This document shows positions 1-8,406 of a DNA stretch of 26,422 nt, piece after piece; the stretch's first letter is position 1; each line of letters starts with the position of its first letter. This DNA is from a virus. Taxonomy: Duplodnaviria > Caudoviricetes. The stretch spans positions 1 to 26,422 of the IMG/VR virus record IMGVR_UViG_3300032247_000383, one strand, 5' to 3'. The notes beneath the pieces were generated by a model. It searched no databases. It was not told where the DNA came from and saw only the letters and a program-made list of their open reading frames with translations. The position numbers and the translations under genes are program-made.

Positions 1-2
1 AA

Positions 3-785
3 ATGACTGAAGAAGTCCAACAAAACCTAGCGGAAGTAGACTCCGCGCCAGCAACGGAAGTGACGGCCACTCCTGAGACTGTTGAAAGTACGCCGGTAGT
101 CGCTGATGAGCAGAAAGAATCTTCTAGGGTTTTTACCCAAGAAGAACTGGATGCAGCCATTGGCAAACGCCTTGCAAGAGAGCAACGTAAGTGGGAACGA
201 GAACAAGCGCAACGGTCTGCGGAAACGCAAATTGTAAAAGCGCCAGCCGCCACGTCTGTTGACCAGTTTGAAAGCCCCGAAGCCTATGCGGAAGCATTGG
301 CTTATCAAAAGGCAGAAGAGCTGATCGCCAAGCGTGATCAAGCCAGGCAGCAGTCGCAAGTTCTTGAGAGCTACCACGATCTTGAGGAAGAAGCGCGGAG
401 TAAGTACGACGACTTTGAACAAGTCGCCTACAACCCCAAACTTCCAGTTACAAACGTGATGGCTGAAACGATTCAGTCTTCGGAGATTGGCCCTGAGTTA
501 GCGTACTACCTCGGGTCTAACCCTAAAGAAGCGGAACGTATCTCACGCATGACGCCCTTGAGCCAGGCGAAAGAGATTGGGAAAATTGAGGCCAAATTGG
601 TTTCAGCGCCCCCGGTCAAGAAAACAACGTCTGCGCCAGCACCGATTTCGCCCGTGACGGCTCGCTCCTCTGGAGCGCCGGCTTATGACACCACTGACCC
701 ACGGTCTACGAAGACTATGAGTGCCTCAGAGTGGATTGAAGCCGAAAGAGCCCGACAGATGAAAAAGATGCAGGCAAACCGCTAA
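3..785 (+). CDS. Capsid scaffolding protein
   Basis: 260 aa; acidic N-terminus, coiled-coil 'FTQEELDAAIGKRLAREQRKWERE', C-terminal 'SAPAPISPV'; directly upstream of the coat gene as in P22-like phages. Confidence 0.85.
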   Translation: MTEEVQQNLAEVDSAPATEVTATPETVESTPVVADEQKESSRVFTQEELDAAIGKRLAREQRKWEREQAQRSAETQIVKAPAATSVDQFESPEAYAEALAYQKAEELIAKRDQARQQSQVLESYHDLEEEARSKYDDFEQVAYNPKLPVTNVMAETIQSSEIGPELAYYLGSNPKEAERISRMTPLSQAKEIGKIEAKLVSAPPVKKTTSAPAPISPVTARSSGAPAYDTTDPRSTKTMSASEWIEAERARQMKKMQANR

Positions 786-805
786 ATTTTTAAAGGACTT
801 TTTCC

Positions 806-2005
806 ATGGCTAACAGTATCTTAACCATTGACATGATCACACGGAAGTCTCTCGAAATCCTCGAGAACAACCTTGTGATCACCCGTAACGTGGACCGTCA
901 GTACGACGACAGCTTTGCTGTTGAAGGTGCCAAGATTGGTTCAACCCTGCGTATTCGCCTGCCTGACCGCGCTTTGGTGACCGACGGTGCCGCCTTGCAA
1001 GTTCAAGACGACAACGAACAGTTCACCACCTTAACCGTGTCAACCCAAAAGCATATCGGCGTGAACTTCACTTCTGCCGAATTGACCATGCAGTTGGATG
1101 ACTTTGCAGAGCGTGTGTTGAAGCCACGTATCAGCCAGTTGGCCAGCTCCATTGACGCTGACGTTGCCAATGCGTACAAATCCATCGGTAATACCGTTGG
1201 CACGCCTGGCACCACTCCTTCTACTTCTTTGGTGCTGTTGCAAGCCCAGCAGAAGCTGAACGAGAACGCCGCTGTAATGAACCCCCGTTATGCCACCGTC
1301 AACCCCGCCGCTAACGCTGGTTTGGTTGAAGGCATGAAAGGTCTGTTCAACCCCACCGATACCATCAGCCGCCAATTCAAGAACGGCATGATGGGTATGG
1401 GCGTGTTGGGTTTTGACGAGATCAACATGTCTCAGTCGATCAAGCAGCACACCACCGGCACCCGTGCGGCTACTGGTGCCACCACTGGCGCTGCCGTAAC
1501 CTCTGAAGGCGCGTCTACCCTGACGTTGACTGTTGGCTCTGGCGAAACCCTCACCGTTGGTGACGTGTTCACGATTGCTGGTGTTTACGCTGTAAACCCG
1601 CAAACCCGTGAATCCACCGGTTCGTTGTTCCAGTTTGTGGCTTTGGCCTCTTCGACTTCTACCACCACTGCTACCGTGACCGTGGCGCCTATGTATTCAG
1701 CAGCTCACGCTCTGGCTACTATGTTGACTTTGCCCGCTAACTCCGCAGCTGTGGTGTTTGTGGGCGCTGCTTCAACTCAGTATCCCCAGAACTTGGTCTA
1801 TCACAAGGACGCAATTTCGTTTGCGACGGCTGATCTCTTGCTGCCGCAGGGGGTCGATATGGCTGCGCGTGCCGTTCACAATGGCATCAGCTTGCGCGTG
1901 GTTCGCCAGTACTATATTAACAACGACCGGATGCCGTGTCGTATCGATGTCTTGTACGGTTTTTCCACCATTCGTCCACAGATGGCTTGCCGCATCTGGG
2001 GTTGA
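806..2005 (+). CDS. Major capsid protein, P22 gp5 family
   Basis: 399 aa; 'MANSILTIDMIT', 'GAKIGSTLRIRLP', C-terminal 'YHKDAISFATADL' and 'RIDVLYG'; AAGGA RBS. Confidence 0.93.
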   Translation: MANSILTIDMITRKSLEILENNLVITRNVDRQYDDSFAVEGAKIGSTLRIRLPDRALVTDGAALQVQDDNEQFTTLTVSTQKHIGVNFTSAELTMQLDDFAERVLKPRISQLASSIDADVANAYKSIGNTVGTPGTTPSTSLVLLQAQQKLNENAAVMNPRYATVNPAANAGLVEGMKGLFNPTDTISRQFKNGMMGMGVLGFDEINMSQSIKQHTTGTRAATGATTGAAVTSEGASTLTLTVGSGETLTVGDVFTIAGVYAVNPQTRESTGSLFQFVALASSTSTTTATVTVAPMYSAAHALATMLTLPANSAAVVFVGAASTQYPQNLVYHKDAISFATADLLLPQGVDMAARAVHNGISLRVVRQYYINNDRMPCRIDVLYGFSTIRPQMACRIWG

Positions 2006-2035
2006 TTCGTAACATTTTTTTGAAAGAAATCTATC

Positions 2036-2461
2036 ATGGCTACTCTTCCTAATGGCGCAGGCGGTTACCAAGTTGGTGACGGCAACATCAATGAAATGCA
2101 AATTGAGACCCAAGCTACCCCAGCAACGGCAACTGTCACGGCAACGCTGACAACTGCTCAAGTGCTGAACGGTATTATTTTGGGCACTCCCACCACAACC
2201 GCAGCGGCTTATACCCTGCCTTTGGCTACTGATCTGGACGCAGCCTTGTCCAGCGCTAAAGTCAACAGCAGCTTTGATTTCGTTGTGGTGAACACCAACG
2301 GTTCTGGCAGCGGCGTGATTACCATTACGACCAACACCGGCTGGACCATCGGTTCTTCTGGCTCACAAGGCTTGATGACCGTCACCACCGCTGGTACTTC
2401 CCAAATGTATCGTGCAGTGAAAACTGGCGACGGCGCTTGGTCTTTGTATCGCATTGCCTAA
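2036..2461 (+). CDS. Putative capsid decoration / minor virion protein
   Basis: 141 aa, Thr/Gly/Ala-rich beta-type sequence; follows the coat gene before a terminator. Confidence 0.65.
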   Translation: MATLPNGAGGYQVGDGNINEMQIETQATPATATVTATLTTAQVLNGIILGTPTTTAAAYTLPLATDLDAALSSAKVNSSFDFVVVNTNGSGSGVITITTNTGWTIGSSGSQGLMTVTTAGTSQMYRAVKTGDGAWSLYRIA

Positions 2462-2465
2462 ACCT

Positions 2466-2490
2466 AATGGGGGCTTTGGCCCCCGTTTTT
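2466..2490 (+). terminator. Intrinsic terminator
   Basis: ggggc-tttg-gcccc stem-loop followed by ttttt just after the 2461 stop. Confidence 0.75.
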
Positions 2491-2501
2491 AAGGAACAAT
2501 C

Positions 2502-2915
2502 ATGCCAAATACCCAAGCGGTAGGTGTTGCGTATAGCGACCCCGAATTTACTACCTGTTACGCAAGCCAAGAAATTGGCTACAGCGCAGCAGCCCAAGGT
2601 GCGGTAACGCAATTGACCAGCAAATCAACCGGCGTGACGCTGAACAATAGTGTTGGCCGCATCACAATGAACAACGCAGCTTTGGCTGCTGGCGCTGCGG
2701 TTTCGTTTGTTTTGACCAACTCATTGATTTCAATCAATGACACGATCATTGTAAACGTTTCCAGCAATACTACGGGCAGCGCTGCTGGGGCCTACACCAC
2801 TTACGTTTCGTATTTGGCTGCTGGTTCTGCCTTGATCACTTTGCGCAATTTGACTGCTGCTACTTCTTACTCAGAAGCTGTCATCATCAATTTTTGCATT
2901 ATCCACGGTGCCTAA
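2502..2915 (+). CDS. Putative virion structural protein (decoration-like)
   Basis: 137 aa beta-rich 'GAVTQLTSKSTGVTLN...GRITMNNAALAA'; AAGGA RBS; in the head module. Confidence 0.65.
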   Translation: MPNTQAVGVAYSDPEFTTCYASQEIGYSAAAQGAVTQLTSKSTGVTLNNSVGRITMNNAALAAGAAVSFVLTNSLISINDTIIVNVSSNTTGSAAGAYTTYVSYLAAGSALITLRNLTAATSYSEAVIINFCIIHGA

Positions 2916-2921
2916 CCAACC

Positions 2922-2947
2922 AGGGGGCTAATCACCCCCTTCTTTTT
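2922..2947 (+). terminator. Intrinsic terminator
   Basis: aggggg-ctaatca-ccccct followed by tcttttt. Confidence 0.65.
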
Positions 2948-3145
2948 ATGCCAGTTATTTACATGTCGCATGACGTCCACGGCGCCAAAGTTGCAACGAT
3001 GGAACTTGAAGCTGTAGAAGACGAAAAAAATGGCTGGACACGCTATACTCTTGACACGCCTGATGTTGTTGAAGAGGCGGCTCCACAGGAAGTAAAACGT
3101 AGACGTGGCCGTCCTACTATTGAGGCGGTCGAACAAGGAGCGTAA
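2948..3145 (+). CDS. Small hypothetical protein with AT-hook-like RRRGRP tail
   Basis: Probable start is ATG 2948 (MPVIYMSH..., 65 aa) rather than 2894, which overlaps the previous gene and spans the terminator. Confidence 0.7.
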   Translation: MPVIYMSHDVHGAKVATMELEAVEDEKNGWTRYTLDTPDVVEEAAPQEVKRRRGRPTIEAVEQGA

Positions 3146-3147
3146 AG

Positions 3148-3864
3148 ATGGCCACCTACTCTGCTGCCGATCAGATCAACCGGGCGCTGCGGCTGCTGGG
3201 CGTGCTGGCCGAAGGCGAAACGCCTTCTGCGTCAGTGTCTCAAGATGCGCTGATGGCGCTCAACCAGATGATCGACTCTTGGAACACTGAGCGTCTGGCT
3301 GTGTTCAGTACCCAAGATCAGGTATTTACTTGGCCTGCTGGATTCATCAACCGCACCCTTGGCCCAACCGGTAACTTTGTAGGTAACCGGCCAATATTGT
3401 TGGACGACGCTACTTACTATCGTGATCCAGGCACCAATGTCAGTTTTGGCATAAAAATGATCAACCAACAGCAGTATGATGGTATTGCTGTTAAAACGGT
3501 GACGTCCACGTATCCGCAGGTCTTGTTTATCAACATGACGTACCCTGATGTTGATATGTACATCTACCCCAAGCCCACACGGGACTTGGAATGGCACTTT
3601 ATTTCGGTTGAAGAGTTGGATCAACCCGCCACTTTGGCAACCAACATTTTGTTCCCGCCTGGGTATCTACGCGCTTTCACGTACAACTTGGCCATGGAAT
3701 TTGCGCCTGAGTTTGGCGTTGAGCCCAGCCCCCAGGTGCAGCGCATTGCCATGACCAGCAAGCGCAACTTGAAGCGCATCAACAATCCTGATGACATCAT
3801 GTCAATGCCGTATTCGCTGATCGCCACCCGTCAACGTTTTAACATTTACGCAGGAAATTATTAA
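3148..3864 (+). CDS. Head-tail adaptor, P22 gp4-like
   Basis: 238 aa; 'INRALRLLGVLAEGETPS...ALNQMIDSW', 'YNLAMEFAPEFG'; AGGAG RBS; synteny. Confidence 0.82.
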   Translation: MATYSAADQINRALRLLGVLAEGETPSASVSQDALMALNQMIDSWNTERLAVFSTQDQVFTWPAGFINRTLGPTGNFVGNRPILLDDATYYRDPGTNVSFGIKMINQQQYDGIAVKTVTSTYPQVLFINMTYPDVDMYIYPKPTRDLEWHFISVEELDQPATLATNILFPPGYLRAFTYNLAMEFAPEFGVEPSPQVQRIAMTSKRNLKRINNPDDIMSMPYSLIATRQRFNIYAGNY

Positions 3865-3865
3865 C

Positions 3866-4522
3866 ATGGCCACCATTGCAATTACCTCCCTTCCCGTAGC
3901 AACTGCCGCCGCTACTACTGATGTCTTGCCAATTGTGCAGTCAGGCACAACCAAGCAAGTCACCAATGCATTGTTGTTTACCAATTCAACAATGGTTGCG
4001 CCTGCGCTAGGTACGCCCGCCAGTGGCGTTTTGACCAATTGCACGGGTCTGCCTGTTGCAACCGGCGTAAGTGGTTTGGGTGCCGGTGTGGCAACATTTT
4101 TGGCAACGCCAAGCAGTACCAATCTACGAACTGCGTTAACTGATGAAACAGGTACAGGTTCTGCTGTATTTGCAACTACACCAACATTGACCACACCGGT
4201 CATTGGCGCGGCCACAGGCACAAGCCTTGCATTGAGTGGCTTCAGCGCGGTAAGCGCGGCTGCACCAACAATCGCAAGCGCAACAACAATTGCCCCGACA
4301 ACACCAATTGTGTTTATTTCGGGAACAACGGCAGTGGTGAACATCACGGCAGCAGCGCCAATTTCTACTGGCGGCGGTACGATTACATTAATTCCAACGG
4401 GCATATTTACGTGGACAACCGCAGGGAATATTGCTCTAGCAGGCACAGCGGTGGTTAGTAAGGCGTTAACAATGACTTACGACGTTACGACAACTAAGTG
4501 GTATCCAAGTTACGTCGCATGA
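3866..4522 (+). CDS. Virion/tail accessory fibre-like protein
   Basis: 218 aa Thr/Ala/Gly-rich; 'ITSLPVAT...DVLPIVQSGTTKQVT' N-terminus and 'TGSAVFATTPTLTTPVIGAATGTSL' motif typical of phage fibre proteins. Confidence 0.65.
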   Translation: MATIAITSLPVATAAATTDVLPIVQSGTTKQVTNALLFTNSTMVAPALGTPASGVLTNCTGLPVATGVSGLGAGVATFLATPSSTNLRTALTDETGTGSAVFATTPTLTTPVIGAATGTSLALSGFSAVSAAAPTIASATTIAPTTPIVFISGTTAVVNITAAAPISTGGGTITLIPTGIFTWTTAGNIALAGTAVVSKALTMTYDVTTTKWYPSYVA

Positions 4523-6159
4523 AAACGCCCATCCTTGGATCGACCTATGTGACCCGCAGCATCAACGCTGCGAATGCCCGTATGGTCAATCTGTTTCCAG
4601 AAGTTATTCCCGAGGGCGGTAAAGAACCTGCGTTTTTGCAACGCTGCCCAGGACTGGCGCTTTTGTCAACGGTGGGCAACGGCCCGGTTCGTGGATTGTG
4701 GGCGTTCTCATCTGATGACGGCGTGGGATTTGTGGTATCGGGCAATGCACTTTACAAAATCAACAACGCTTACGTGCCTACGCTGATTGGCACTGTGGCG
4801 GGCACTGGGCCGGTTAGCCTTGCCGACAACGGCACGCAGCTGTTCATTGCAGCCAATGGCCCCAGTTACATCTACAACAACACTACCGGCGGCTTTGGCC
4901 AAATTACAGACCCTGACTTTCCTGGCGCGGTGACGGTTTGTTATCTGGACGGCTATTTTGTATTTAACGAGCCCAACAGCCAAAAAATGTGGGTGACTGC
5001 CCTTTTGGACGGCACGTCCATTGACCCGCTTGAGTTTGCCAGCACCGAAGGTTCGCCTGACGGCTTGCTGGCCGTGGTGTCCAACTTCCGCGAGGTCTGG
5101 GCCTTTGGCACAAACTCCATCGAGGTCTGGTATGACTCAGGCGCCACAGACTTCCCCTTGCAACGCATCCAAGGCGCGTTTAACGAGCTTGGCTGTGCGG
5201 CCCCTTATTCCATCGCCAAGATGGACAACGGCCTGTTCTGGCTGGGCCGGGATCGCCGGGGCCAAGGTATTGTCTACCGGGCCAATGGGTACCAAGGCCA
5301 ACGCATTTCGACCCACGCGGTTGAATGGCACATCCAACAATATACTGATATGTCGGACGCCATTGCGTACACTTATCAACAGGATGGCCACAGCTTTTAC
5401 GTGTTGATCTTTCCTACGGCCAACACCACTTGGGTGTATGACGCGGCCACCCAAGCCTGGCATGAGCGGGCCGGTTTTGTTGATGGCGCATTTACTCGGC
5501 ACCGCAGCAACTGCCAAATGGCGTTCAATAACAAAATTGTTGTTGGCGACTTTGAAAACGGCAACATCTACGCCTTTGACCTTGACGTGTACGCCGACAA
5601 CCGCCAAATTCAAAAGTGGCTGCGCACCTGGCGGGCGCTGCCCACGGGCACAAACAACCTCAAGCGCACAGCCCACCATAGCTTGCAATTGGATTGCGAA
5701 ACGGGCGTAGGCTTAAACCTATACCCAGCATACGCCAGTGAAAACATAGACACTGAGTCGGGATTAAATCTTGTAGCTGAATATAGGCAAACCTATTTGG
5801 CCACTCAATCAGGCGTTACATTGACCACCGAAGCAGGGGACGGTTTTGAACCGTTAGGGCAATACGAATTATCAGATACTGACATTACGGGCTATGAAAT
5901 TGTTACCAATTCGTACCCTGCTGCACCAGGCTACGACCCTGAAGCCATGTTGCGTTGGTCAGATGATGGCGGCCACACTTGGTCAAATGAACATTGGTCA
6001 CCACTTGGCAGGATTGGTGCGTATGGCCACAGGACGTTTTGGCGGCGATTGGGCATGACCGTCAAGCTGCGGGATCGCGTCTATGAGCTGTCCATGACTG
6101 ATCCGGTCAAAGTGGCCATCATGGGGGCCGAGTTAATCATTAGCCCGACCAATGCCTAG
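4519..6159 (+). CDS. Tail hub / DNA stabilization protein, P22 gp10-like
   Basis: Probable start ATG 4519 (ATGA overlap with the upstream stop); 'LDGYFVFN', 'FASTEGSPD', 'TWVYDAATQAWHER', 'LRWSDDGGHTWSNE', 'WRRLG'. Confidence 0.9.
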   Translation: MKTPILGSTYVTRSINAANARMVNLFPEVIPEGGKEPAFLQRCPGLALLSTVGNGPVRGLWAFSSDDGVGFVVSGNALYKINNAYVPTLIGTVAGTGPVSLADNGTQLFIAANGPSYIYNNTTGGFGQITDPDFPGAVTVCYLDGYFVFNEPNSQKMWVTALLDGTSIDPLEFASTEGSPDGLLAVVSNFREVWAFGTNSIEVWYDSGATDFPLQRIQGAFNELGCAAPYSIAKMDNGLFWLGRDRRGQGIVYRANGYQGQRISTHAVEWHIQQYTDMSDAIAYTYQQDGHSFYVLIFPTANTTWVYDAATQAWHERAGFVDGAFTRHRSNCQMAFNNKIVVGDFENGNIYAFDLDVYADNRQIQKWLRTWRALPTGTNNLKRTAHHSLQLDCETGVGLNLYPAYASENIDTESGLNLVAEYRQTYLATQSGVTLTTEAGDGFEPLGQYELSDTDITGYEIVTNSYPAAPGYDPEAMLRWSDDGGHTWSNEHWSPLGRIGAYGHRTFWRRLGMTVKLRDRVYELSMTDPVKVAIMGAELIISPTNA

Positions 6160-6961
6160 CCCAAACGCAACGCCCACGCCCATTACACCCCCCAGGGTGC
6201 CGTTGATCGACCCGCGCACCGGGCTGATCGACCGGGCTTGGTACTTGTTTTTTCTGTCGCTCAACGACATTGCCACGGCGGTTATTGACGATTCTGGGCT
6301 TACGTTTAGCTCTGAGTCGCTGCTTGCGTCCTATGACGCCGCGCTTCTTGCGGTCAATCAGGAACTGCAAACGCTTCCGCCCGTTGTTACCTTACCAATT
6401 CCTGACGCATTGACTGACTGCTGTTCAGCCTTGGTGTCTCAAATCGCTGAGATGCAAAAGCAGATCGACGCGCTGAATTTGTTGCCGCCCCCGGCCCAAG
6501 GCACCGTGACTGCGGTGACGGCTACGGCGCCGGTTGTGTCATCTGGCGGCACTGCGCCCGACATCAGTATGCCAGCGGCCAACACCACGACCAATGGGTA
6601 TCTGTCCAGCACTGATTGGAATACGTTTAACAACAAACAAGCCGTGTCGGCGCCGGTCACCAAAACCGCTGACTTTACCGTTGCGGCCACTGATCTGTGG
6701 TTGATCAACAATAAGACAGGCTCGACCTGCACGGTGACTTTGCCATCTGCTGCGTCTTACACTGGACGCACATTGATTTTTAAAAACATGCAGGCTCAGA
6801 CTTTGGTGTCTGCGTCAAGCAACGTTGTGCCCATTGACAGCACGTCTGCTGGCACAGCAATCCTCTTGGCAGTTGTAGGAAATTGGGCGACAATGGTGTC
6901 TGACGGCACCAATTGGGTCATCATGCAACAAGCCGCTAACAACAACCTGCTCTTGGAGTAA
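6152..6961 (+). CDS. Tail needle/fibre-like protein
   Basis: 269 aa; 'PPRVPLIDPRTGLIDRAWYLFF' N-terminus, coiled-coil middle, 'NGYLSSTDWNTFNNKQ' fibre motif, beta C-terminal knob; at the P22 gp26 position. Confidence 0.65.
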   Translation: MPSPNATPTPITPPRVPLIDPRTGLIDRAWYLFFLSLNDIATAVIDDSGLTFSSESLLASYDAALLAVNQELQTLPPVVTLPIPDALTDCCSALVSQIAEMQKQIDALNLLPPPAQGTVTAVTATAPVVSSGGTAPDISMPAANTTTNGYLSSTDWNTFNNKQAVSAPVTKTADFTVAATDLWLINNKTGSTCTVTLPSAASYTGRTLIFKNMQAQTLVSASSNVVPIDSTSAGTAILLAVVGNWATMVSDGTNWVIMQQAANNNLLLE

Positions 6962-6964
6962 ATT

Positions 6965-7300
6965 ATGACAGTCACCGTCAAAGTCCTTGTACCGGCCAAG
7001 ATCGTCGAGGCCAGCCAAACCACTCAGTACACCGCCACTGGCGTCACGGCCATCATCGACAAATTCACCGCAACCAACTACAGCGCAACCGCTGCAACCA
7101 TCAGCGTCAACTTGGTCACTGTGGCCGGGTCGTCTGGCAATCTGAACTTGATCACCAAGACCAAGACGCTTCAGCCCTCTGAGGTCTATACTTTCCCCGA
7201 ACTGGTGGGCCAGGTGCTGGGTGTGGGCGATTTCATCAGCACCATTGCAGGCACTGCCACATCCATTAACATGCGCGTCAGTGGCCGTGAGGTGACATGA
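6965..7300 (+). CDS. Small virion structural protein
   Basis: 111 aa beta-rich, ends 'SGREVT'; GGAG RBS; in the tail module. Confidence 0.65.
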   Translation: MTVTVKVLVPAKIVEASQTTQYTATGVTAIIDKFTATNYSATAATISVNLVTVAGSSGNLNLITKTKTLQPSEVYTFPELVGQVLGVGDFISTIAGTATSINMRVSGREVT

Positions 7301-7635
7301 TCCATCACCACTTTAGCGCAGGCGTCTATGCCAAAGAGACCCGCATCCCGGCGGGGTATGTTTTGGTTCAGCACGCCCACAAACATGACCACCTGTCCAT
7401 CTTAGCCAGCGGGTCTGTTGAGTTGGCGGTTGATGGGGTCAAATCAATTGTTCATGCGCCTGCTTGTCTGACAATTCCCGCAGGCAAGCATCACGGCATA
7501 AAATCAATCACAGACGTTGTGTGGTACTGCGTACACGCCACCGATTGCACAGATGAAGATGAGATCGACGAAGTGTTGATTGAATCTGGCAATATAGAAG
7601 AAATGAAAGAGTTGGCTGAAAGCCTGAAGGAGTAA
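7297..7635 (+). CDS. Cupin-fold protein
   Basis: 'HAHKHDHLSILASGSV' and 'IPAGKHH' match cupin motifs 1 and 2. Confidence 0.75.
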   Translation: MIHHHFSAGVYAKETRIPAGYVLVQHAHKHDHLSILASGSVELAVDGVKSIVHAPACLTIPAGKHHGIKSITDVVWYCVHATDCTDEDEIDEVLIESGNIEEMKELAESLKE

Positions 7636-7638
7636 ATT

Positions 7639-8397
7639 ATGCCTTGGTCATTTATTGTCCCCGCTGCGGTCAGTCTATTTTCTGCAAGTCAGAACCGCAG
7701 CGCCGCGTCGCAAGCCTCTGACGCTGCTAATCAAGCATCTGACCGCGCGCAAGCGTTGCAATACCAGATGTTCAAAGAACAACAAGGACTGCAAGAGCCT
7801 TTTCGCCAAGCAGGCGTCAATGCGTTGGCTAAGATGCAAGACCAATACGGCAATATGCCCGCCGCGTTTACGGGCCAAGTTGATTTAGGTCAAGATCCTG
7901 GCTATGCGTTCCGATTGTCGGAAGGCCAAAAGGCGCTGGATCGAAGTGCCGCCGCAAGAGGCGGCATGATCTCAGGCGGGGCGTTAAAGGCCGCACAACG
8001 GTTTGGTCAGGACTTGGGTAGTCAGGAATACCAAAACGCCTACAACCGGGCGCTGACGGGTTACAACGCCAACGTGGCGCGTGAGGCCACAGGTTACAAC
8101 CGTTTGGCGTCTATGGCCGGCGTGGGGCAGACTTCAGCCAACACGCTGACAGGTGCAGCAGGCACGTATGGCTCCAACGTGGGCAACGCCATGATCAACC
8201 AAGGCATCAACGCTGGCAACGCGGGCATGGCCGGGACACGGGCAATGACGTCTGCGTATGGTGACATTGCCAATCTGTATGGCCGCACAAGCCCTAATTT
8301 CAGCAGCTTGTACAGCGGCGGTGGTGGTGGCGGTGGTTATTATGGCGGCGAATACGGCACCGGTAGCCGCGCTGGAATGATCGACACGCCTTTTTAA
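7639..8397 (+). CDS. DNA ejection (pilot) protein, P22 gp7-like
   Basis: 252 aa Ala/Gly/Gln-rich; 'DPGYAFRLSEGQKALDRSAAARGG..SGGALKA'; AAGGAG RBS. Confidence 0.85.
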   Translation: MPWSFIVPAAVSLFSASQNRSAASQASDAANQASDRAQALQYQMFKEQQGLQEPFRQAGVNALAKMQDQYGNMPAAFTGQVDLGQDPGYAFRLSEGQKALDRSAAARGGMISGGALKAAQRFGQDLGSQEYQNAYNRALTGYNANVAREATGYNRLASMAGVGQTSANTLTGAAGTYGSNVGNAMINQGINAGNAGMAGTRAMTSAYGDIANLYGRTSPNFSSLYSGGGGGGGYYGGEYGTGSRAGMIDTPF

Positions 8398-8406
8398 GGG
8401 TAAATC

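Noticed and set aside
1905-1930. Coat 'RQYYINND' where I recall 'RQYDINND' in relatives
   Set aside because: A single-base difference that cannot be told from a base-call error; it only adds caution about assembly accuracy.
1995-2036. Read-through or frameshift fusing the coat to the downstream decoration protein
   Set aside because: In-frame read-through meets another TGA within six codons, and I see no convincing slippery heptamer before the coat stop.
3866-7300. Diversity-generating retroelement target or CRISPR-like repeats in the tail genes
   Set aside because: No reverse transcriptase, no template/variable repeat pair and no regularly spaced repeats were seen in the window.
8316-8350. 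GGT/GGC repeat run at the end of the gp7-like gene
   Set aside because: Encodes an ordinary poly-Gly tail with mixed codons; it is in frame and not a switch.
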